Origin: Guillardia theta CCMP2712
Taxonomy: Eukaryota > Protista > Cryptophyta
Assembly: GCF_000315625.1 (NCBI RefSeq)
Contig: NW_005434610.1
Span: 170,265-234,264, forward strand
DNA length: 64,000 nucleotides
Direction of reading: 5' to 3'
Of the stretch, positions 55,774-64,000 are shown one piece after another. Every line of letters starts with the position of its first letter. The stretch's first letter is position 1. The position numbers and the translations under genes are program-made. The notes beneath the pieces were generated by a model. The model was not told where the DNA came from. It was given only the letters and a program-made list of their open reading frames with translations, and made no database searches.

Positions 55774-57646
55774 GTTGCAGTCACACTAGCGCAAGGAACT
55801 GATCATCTTGGTTCAGAATCGTTCTCCGGCAGGTCTGCAAAGAAAGATTCAGTCGCTGCAAATGAAAGATTGATTGCAATATTCACAATCAGATTTGTTT
55901 TCAATGGATGCAACTTATGTTTAAACCCAGGACACCAACTTTTCCTCCCTGCTCCGACCACTTCGGTACAACAAACTGCCGAGCATCTCAACAGCTCACT
56001 CGTTTGCTTCCTCTACTACGCTCGCTCGCTCCATCAATTGTCACTTCTCCTGAATGATTTGGCAATAACATACATCACCTCATGTTTCCTCCTCGCAACT
56101 CTCTCATTCTCATCACATCATAGGAGGCGCAGCTGAACAAACCTGCGGCATTCCGGCTGAAGTGGTTCAATCGAGTCCACCCCTCCCCTTGACCCCCTAC
56201 CCCCCTATATACTACCGTTATCACCCTATTACCCCACATCCGTCTATAGTACCCACCCCTTTTTCTCTATTCAGACAAAATGGCAGGTATTGGGTCGTAC
56301 CTACCCTCATCGATCCCCTCTTCAAAAAACCCTTTCCCCCGACTACCCCCGACGAGAATATACCACCCTTGTGTAGATTCTGAAAAATTTCCATCACACC
56401 CCTCCTATTCCGTCTAAAACTACCCATCCTCTTAGTTCTTCTGGACGACCCCTGGGTCTATCTTCTACCCCACCGGTAGTTACCTACAGCTCCTCCGATC
56501 AAGGACTACTGTACCGCTACAGCTGCTCGGAAACCTCTTGACTACCCCTCGTCACATTCCTACCCCTCCTTCGGCTGGGTGATCAGGTCCCGCCGTAAGG
56601 GACCAAAACACTGTCAAGTCCCCTACCACCCCTACCACCCATCTGCTCAGTGCAAACCTTGCAGATTCCAAAAACCACCCCCTGTTGGGGTCTTACACCC
56701 CGCCTACTACCCCTGACCCCCACCCCTGCCCAGGATGCTGCCATTTACGGTGGTGCGGTCACCAGCGACTTTTGGTCACCAACCGACTGACGCTTTTACA
56801 CCCCGTTTTTCCCCATGGACTACCCCCCCTCATAGGATCATTTTCTATGATCCTACCAGTCGGACATCCCGAGTCCCCCATGGGTACCCCACCATATTTT
56901 TTTAAAATTGATCAGACCCCGCCACGTCCTCGGCATGCCTCCATCTCCCCCTGGTTTTTGCCCGATAATCCCACTAGTATATATACTTGCCATCAGCCCA
57001 GGCTTCCGTTGCCGCTGACTGAGTTTTAAAACATGATAGAGTACCCCACCCCCCACGTAATGTCCGCACTGCGGCAAGGAAATGCCGCCAGGACGGTACC
57101 GGGCCCTCCGAACTCCGGCATTCGGGATCCGGCGATTGAGTCGCGTCCGACTAGCCGGAATGGCGATGATGCGGCCGCGGCCGCCGGAGCCGGGCCGGGC
57201 CGGTCACCCAGGTGCCCCCCGGGCGCTGTCACTGTCACAAGTTGACTGACCGGTGACCCTACCGGACGCGCCCGTTCGCCGGAGGCTCCGAGGGTCACCA
57301 GGCCAGTCTTAGGCAGAGATCACCCTGTCATCATCTAGAATCGGGTACTATCAGGCTCGCCGGAGCATGAGCGGCAGTCAGTGATCTCCGACTAGCCGCG
57401 GCGCTCTTGTGAAAACTGCCGCATATACATCGGAAACTGATAAGTACTTCAAGTTCCGAGGCTTACTACCAACGCCGTGCCAGACTCCGGCGACATGGCA
57501 TGATGGCGCTGATGAGGCTCAGCAACACACGAGGCTCTATCAAGACTCTTTCACGACTTTTTAAGTTCAACATGAGAGCTATCCGGTGGCATTGAAGCTC
57601 AACTCTTCCACCCGAATGGCTCAATGGCATTTGTTCGGCTCACCTA

Positions 57647-59463
57647 TTATACAACTCCATCTTCTGTACCTACCTTGCTTCGACCGCTGAATTCAAGTGA
57701 TGTGCAATGTGCAACGCTATTTCTTATCCATATTTCCTTCCAGCCTTCGAATCCTTTAATTTCTGATTGGAGCTGCTTTTCTGTATCTGACCAACTCAGC
57801 TGACATTCCCTCCACCATAACACCAAGATACCAACGGAAGTAGTACTCATTCCGAAGAAGAGCCCAGCGCGAGTTCTATCATACTTCAACAACGTACCCT
57901 GTTCTCCTGAGTAACTCTGAAAACAGATGTCGAATAAATTCGGCAGGACGCCAAAAAGAATCGTGAAAAACGAGATGGAAGCCAATCTGTACCGTTTTTT
58001 CAGAATCAATTCGTAACAAGCTCCTATTGGCGAAACGTCCCCCGCTGCCAATGCTGCAATGGAAGTTTCTAGCAGGTTCATGAACACTCCAAGTCTGTAG
58101 AGAATTTCTGCTAGGTTGTCTTGCTCCGGTAATGACGGCTGCCCCAGACACACGGCTACTATTGAAGAACAGAATGCAATGGAGGCGCTTATTACATGAG
58201 GTTTCCCTTGGGTGATTTCAGCAAAGCATTGTCCCAACGCAAAAATGAGACACGCGGAAAGAATCATCAATCCCGCAATCTTCAGGTCAAAAGGTGATTT
58301 GGTTATCAGCAACGTTTGAATCAGGACAATAGTAAGTAGAACGTTGTACGCCTGCATTGCCCTCATCTCACCGAAGAAGGAACCGCATGACATTATGCAG
58401 AATAATTCTATCAAGATGTTCCACAACTGAACATAATTGATCCTAGAACTTATGTTCGCAAATTCAGTTGTATCAGCATCCGTCGAATTTTGATAAAAGA
58501 TTTGAAAGCAGGCAATTGCAGTAACGATTTCTCGTATGATACCCCGAAGTGGAAAATGATACAACCTTCTCTTCAAGTATTGAATGGTGTCAGCATACCC
58601 AGCGCAATTATCCCACAAGGTAACAAACAGCTGCGCAATCAACAAAATCACCCAGGGAACCAATAAAATAGGAACCAACAATTTGAAAAGAGGTGTCTGG
58701 TAATTATGTTCTCCTCGTGCTTCAGTTTCCTGCGACATATAAACAGCTTGATAGGTTGCGATTGCTATTGCTGCTGCGATTGTCCCCACAGCAATCTGTG
58801 CTCCTAGATTATTGTTACATTTCTTCATGCAGTCGTGCCTGAATGATAGCTGAAACCCTTTTGATTCCGATGAATTAGGGCCGAGTGAAACCAAAACCCT
58901 TGCATTTCCTGTTGGGATCAGTATCAGCTCTTTGTTGGATCTGTTCGTGTACTGCCAATTAAGTTACAGTCATGTGCTGAAGCGCAAGACTGAACTTGTA
59001 GGCTATCCACAGCGACGTCTAAGTTGATTGACGACATATAAATCTTAAGCGTGCTCCATGCAGGTTTGCCAAATAGAGTCCAATTACAAGTGAGATTACT
59101 GTGATTACTGTCCATCGTTATCGTTCCCGCGAATGGAGATAGAATCGCGCTGTCAGCATAAGGGAACATTTGTTGGCAAAGACAATCTATACAGCTGCTT
59201 GAGCCGTTGCGAGTGCAAAGCGGGCATAAATTGCAATACGAGGATCCCTGTTTATCAGTGTAAGTGCCAGTTGGACAATCTTTGCAGTACGTGGATCCCT
59301 TGATGTCTGCATAAGTGCCAGGTGAACAGGATTTGCACAACGTGGATCCCTTCGTATCTGCATATGTACCAGCTGGACAGCCGTGGGCACCTTCACTTGC
59401 ATCCACCAGCAGGCAGCACAGGAGACTAGCAAGCAGCTTCTTCCTCCTCCTCTCGTCGCTCAT
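57647..59463 (-). CDS. Signal peptide + Cys-rich repeats + CUB-like segment + multi-pass membrane domain
   Basis: LLASLLCCLLVDA, three 17-aa CPxGTY repeats, CNWTL...GFQLSF, then a ~400-aa hydrophobic ORF; the two ORFs are joined by an intron or frameshift near 58910-58952. Confidence 0.7.
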
Positions 59464-59749
59464 CGTTCTTGCTCGTCAAACCTGAGGGCCTCTGCTAGGA
59501 AGTCAAGGCTAGGTAGGAATTGTATTCATTTTATTTCACTCAAATAAATACCAACCCGCCTCAGACTGGAAGGTCTTTTATCTTTTACTCAAATTATTCA
59601 GTACTGGACCCGGAAGGTGTGAGTACCCCTTCTTATCAGCCTGACAGTTTTTTCGGGATCTGGTGGGGTAGTCGCTCAGGGGGCCATGCAATCCTGGAAT
59701 GCTGGAAGTGGAAGATGACGGCGAAGCGAAGGTGAGAAAGAGAGGAGAG

Positions 59750-59852
59750 GGGAGAGAGGAGAGAGGAGAGAGAGGAGAGAGGAGAGAGGAGAGAGGAGAG
59801 AGGAGAGAGAGGAGAGAGGAGAGAGGAGAGAGGAGAGAGGAGAGAGGAGAGA
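59750..59852 (+). repeat. (GAGAGGA)n heptamer; same unit inverted at ~47285-47370
   Basis: Direct tandem array. Confidence 0.9.
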
Positions 59853-60250
59853 GGAGGAGAGAAGAGAAAGAGGATAAGAGGAGGTAACAGTGGAGAGAAT
59901 GGAGCAAGAAGGTGATGGAGAAGATAAGAGAGGAGGATGAAGGGAGATGCGGTAAGAGAGGAAAGGGAGGAGGGGGAGAGGGAGAACGAACGGAGGAGAG
60001 GAAACAGGAAGGGGAATCAAAGATAAAAACCGATGTTATATGGGACAAGAAGTCATTGGGGAGGTAGAGGGATTAACGAAATGTAAAGACTGCGAAGGGA
60101 GGAGAATGAGACTAGGAGAATTCACTACTGAAGTCAAACTAAAGGAATACACACGAGATCACAAGAAGTTCATAGAACACTCTTCACCATACGTGCTCAT
60201 CGCAGCTCTGACATAGAGACTGAGGGCAATTTGTTGAACTTATCCAGCAG

Positions 60251-60572
60251 ATGAGAAAGACAGAGAGGAGACGAGCGGCCTCATTGAGGAGGTTCTTTTA
60301 ATCTCTCAGCTTGCGACCTCTCTGACTTCAGGAGGAAGAAGGGTCAAGCTCTGCTGTCTTCTCCTTGTATCTAGTGCCTCCATCGCTCAGGTCGCGCACG
60401 GCTGCAGCTCTTCTTTCCCCATCCCGTCCTCAAGGTCTGGCAGGTCTTCGCCCTCGAGAAGCCAGCGGTGCATGTCCGTGCGTGCGAGAAGAACAAGCTT
60501 CACGAAGTGATCAACAAGTGAGGACTTCTCCCTTCCCCATCTCCACATCCTCCTCGGCCAAGTCCTTTCTGA

Positions 60573-60626
<54 letters not shown>

Positions 60627-62320
60627 TCAATCTCCTGACCGACTGCGCAAGGTTGGAATTTGAGCACTCCAGCTCAGTCTTCTTGACTGGAGGTCAGAGC
60701 GTTCGAGGAGAGGGGTGATAGAGGGTTTACAGCAGGCAGGGCAAGAGATCGTCTGCGAGCCAGGGACCCATCAAGTGGCTGAGCCTGAGGAGATACGAGG
60801 ACGTTTGCGGTTGCGATCGCTACGAGGTAGGATGCTGGACCGGCTTGCACCTTCCCCCCCCACAACCCCGCATCCTGCTGCTGCTGCTGCTGCAACGTGT
60901 CAACCACTACCAACTTCATTCTTCTCCCTTCCTTTCTGAAAACCTTGTGTTGTTTTCCCTCAACAGCAGCGGATGCCTCCACAGCGATCGCAGGGTCATG
61001 GAAGCTCCTTCCTGGAAGCCATGGCCGGTTCAAAGATGTGGTCACGCAGCAGGAGGTAGCGAAGAGGTCGTTCGTCTTCCTGGTAGAGGGAGGGAGGTGG
61101 AAGTGGAAGAGATGCGAGCTGAGCATGAGGAGGAGGAAGGACGATGAGAACTTGCCGGCAGCTGGGCAGAAGCTGGGGAGAGCGGGCAAGAAGAGCGCGT
61201 ATTGCACTGTGATGAGCGTCATGGGGAACGCGGACACATCCCTGGTTCAGTGCGACATCTCTGCCCTCGTGGAGGAGGAGGGGGAGAAAACTCCAACGAG
61301 CGGGGATCAGCGAGCTGACCAGCAGGAGGAGGACGAGGGCAACGGGCAAGCGCTGCACGAGGAGGGGGGGGGTCAGGAGGGGAACAGAATGTTAGGAGCG
61401 TTCCCCATCGTGGGCGTTCGGCTGGCCGAGACGTCAACGTGCAGCATCAAGCAGTGCGATCTCAACGGTTTCCTGGTGAGCTGAGAAGTTTGATGACTAG
61501 TTTGACAAGTGACCCACCATCCTCTCACAGCGAGCTTGTTGCCTGCACGACTCCAGCTGCATCTCAGCAACCTACTGCGCGTTCAAGCAGAACAAGGAGT
61601 GCTTCCACTTTGAGGTGCCTCGCCCTCTGCTCCTCCCCCAGCAGCCTCTCTTCCCTCATCTTCCTTCCTCGCCCTCCTCCATCCTCCTGCTTCTCCTCTT
61701 CCTTTCGCTCTCGACAGGCTTCTTATCTCCTCCATGGCAGGTGGAGACTCGAGCTAACATTCGCCGATGCGTCTTCGACCAGGCCAACCACGCTGCTCTT
61801 GCCTGCCAGTATGATCTTATCTCACCCTCCTCCCCCCTTTCCCCCCTCCCCTTCCCCCCCCTCTGTTTCTGCTCCTCTCTGATTCAGCGGAAGGTACTGG
61901 TGTCCTCCTCCCGAGACGCTCGAAGCAAGCGTCGCTCAGACGGTCAGCAGCAACTTAGGATCCTTCATCTCCAGCAGGATCTTTCCGCTGCTTGCCACCT
62001 GTCTCCCACCCCCCATCCTGGACAACTTTTATGGCGAGGAGCAGGTCCTTGCCTTCTCCCACCCATCCCTTCTCTCCCTTCCCCATCCTCCTCCTCTCCA
62101 ACTCCCTCCCCCCCACCCCCCTAACCTTATCCCTCCCCATCCTCCTCCTCCCTAAACCCCTCCCCTCCCTGCCGCGCTTCCACCATCGTTGGCGTCCTGT
62201 TGGGCTGACTTCTCCTCTAGATGGCAAGACCTCCCGGCCTTGTCCTCACCTTCCGCCACAACTACGTCTGGTGTCCGACGTGGAGCCGCGGCGTGTGACG
62301 TCACTTGTACATTAATGCAG
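60251..62320 (+). CDS. Hypothetical multi-exon protein, possibly right-handed beta-helix
   Basis: EIVCEPGTH, FLVEGGRWKWKRCELS, VMSVMGNADTSLVQCDIS, GVRLAETSTCSIKQCDL, ANIRRCVFD resemble parallel beta-helix repeats; ends uncertain. Confidence 0.45.
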
Positions 62321-62329
62321 AGAGAGTAA

Positions 62330-64000
62330 GTCAATACACGAGAGTCAATCTCTTCGCCCCGGCGCCCACGTCAGTAGACGAAAAGCTTCGGGTCACATCC
62401 TGTTGCCCCGGGGCCCGAGGGCGGCACTGCAAGCAAGAGGATCAGTACGAGGAGGAGGAGGAGGAGGAGGAGGAGGAGGAGGAGGAGGATCAAGGGAGGA
62501 GGAGGAGGAGGAGCAGCAGCAGCAAGGGAGGAGGAGACGTAAGGGGAGGATGAAAGTAGGAGGAGGGGGAGGAGACGGCAGTGGGTGGGGGCTGGAGGCC
62601 TCTATCCCTACCGTTAATTGGTCTCCTCACTACTTGACCCTGCATGCTGACGTCATCCGACTGCCTGACAGCCACACGTGACTTACCCGCTCGTCCGTTC
62701 TCAGCTCGAGCATCGAGTTGTCATAGGCGTCCGTGTCTTCTTTCTCTGCAGAAGGGCCTCAGCTGGAGGGAAGGGAGAGGTGGATGGCAGTTGGAGGTAG
62801 AGGAGGAGAGGCAGACCGAGGAGAGGAGCCGGCAGGTCCATCCCGTTGGACGTGGCGTGGAAGTGCCGGACGGGACGGGTCCCAGGAGACGTCTCGCGAG
62901 CCTTAATGAACTGCTCGTGCTCGACTTGAATCTGTAGCAGAGTCATCGAGAGAAGGAGGAGGAGGAGGAGGAGGGAGAGGAGGAGGAGGAGGAGGAGAAA
63001 GGGAGGAGGAGGAGAAGGCTGGGGCACCTCCGAGTTCAGATGAGCCAGCAGGACGTCGTCGGTCACGATGTATCCCGTCACCTTCCCGTTCACGTCTCGC
63101 TGCCCCATCGCGTCAGCGCAAGTCCGACGAGTCGAGGGTTCAAGTGTTCACACACCTGCTGGTAGCCATACAGCTCGAATTTCTTGTTCGTCTGATAACC
63201 CAAGAACAACCGTCAGGTCACGCACATGACTCCTCCTCCTCCTCCTCCTCCTCCTCCACCATCCTCCTCCTCCTCCCCCATTCTCCCGCTCCTCTTCATC
63301 TTTCTCCTTCCTCTTCTGCTTCTGCTCTCCTCACCATCTTCGGATCTTCAGCAAAGTGATGTGCTCTGCTCCCCTCGGGCGGCTCCCTGGCATCCAGTCA
63401 AAATCTCTCCAACACATTTCCCTCCCCACCCCTTCCCTCCTTCCCTGCCCTCTTCCCCCTTGCTCTTCCGACCTCCCATCCCTCTTGTCCTCTCCCACCC
63501 TTCTCCTCACCTCAGGAAGGGAATGCTGCCTCTTTCTAGCGTTGGCCTGCGGGAGCAGGTCAAATCTCACAGGTAGGAGGCAGAAGCTCCGACCTCGACC
63601 AAGTGCAGGATCTGCAATCAAAAACAGGGACCGGGGACGCTACCGTATCTCCCTGCCCACCAAGTGTCAAGCACGTACGAGAGGAAGAGCGAGAGAAGGA
63701 GCAGGAGAAACGAAAAGGTGGTGTTGAAAGGGGGGGAGGGAGAGACGGGATGAGCAAAGGGAGGAGGAGGCGATGGTTTCGCGCTCGGACGACCTGCAAG
63801 GCAGGGTCTGCCAGGTAGTTGTCGATCTCAAGGTATCGAGGAGAAGAAGTCAAGTCGAAGAGCCGGGGGCACTCGTGGGCGACGGCGAAATGCAGGTCAA
63901 TGCCATGATGCCCGATACCCTAGGGCAGGAAAAGAAGAGAGAGAGAGAGAGAGAGAGAGAGATCACCAAAAAACCGTCATGTTTCTCGCCCCTCACCTCC
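62330..64000 (-). CDS. 3' part of a hypothetical multi-exon gene (5' end outside window)
   Basis: Exons GIGHHGIDLHFAVAHECPRLFD, KFELYGYQQ, GYIVTDDVLLAHLNSE with canonical splice sites. Confidence 0.5.

Noticed and set aside
60790-60830. RLRLRSLRG as a further ubiquitin mimic
   Set aside because: Internal, no diglycine, no signal peptide seen
63030-63190. Glycosyltransferase call from GYIVTDD
   Set aside because: Motif too short and the gene is incomplete in this window

Overview
Eukaryotic nuclear DNA, gene-dense, with many short (~45-60 nt) spliceosomal introns plus longer microsatellite-filled introns. The intron style, bipartite presequences and a signal-peptide-bearing starch enzyme point to an alga with a complex plastid, most likely a cryptophyte such as Guillardia (inference). 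Recognisable genes: a DUF2779-type nuclease of a mainly bacterial family, an APC amino-acid permease, eIF5B, a CDC7-like kinase with a very long N-terminus, an RluA-type pseudouridine synthase, an ankyrin protein, a CaMK-ARM kinase, an OCA/Siw14-type pseudophosphatase, a probable QCR10, two DHHC palmitoyltransferases, tRNA-Asn(GTT), a CBM20 phosphoglucan water dikinase, a receptor-like tyrosine pseudokinase and a Cys-repeat multi-TM protein. A decayed PIF/Harbinger transposon is also present. Top finding: three unrelated proteins carry a signal peptide followed by a mimic of the ubiquitin C-terminus (RLRLRGG in eIF5B, RLNLRGG in PWD, visible only after splicing two introns, and LRLRGCG in an unknown protein), placed at the likely start of the mature protein. 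This suggests a deubiquitinase-type cleavage or sorting code for periplastid-compartment proteins. All exon structures were read by eye and their boundaries are approximate.
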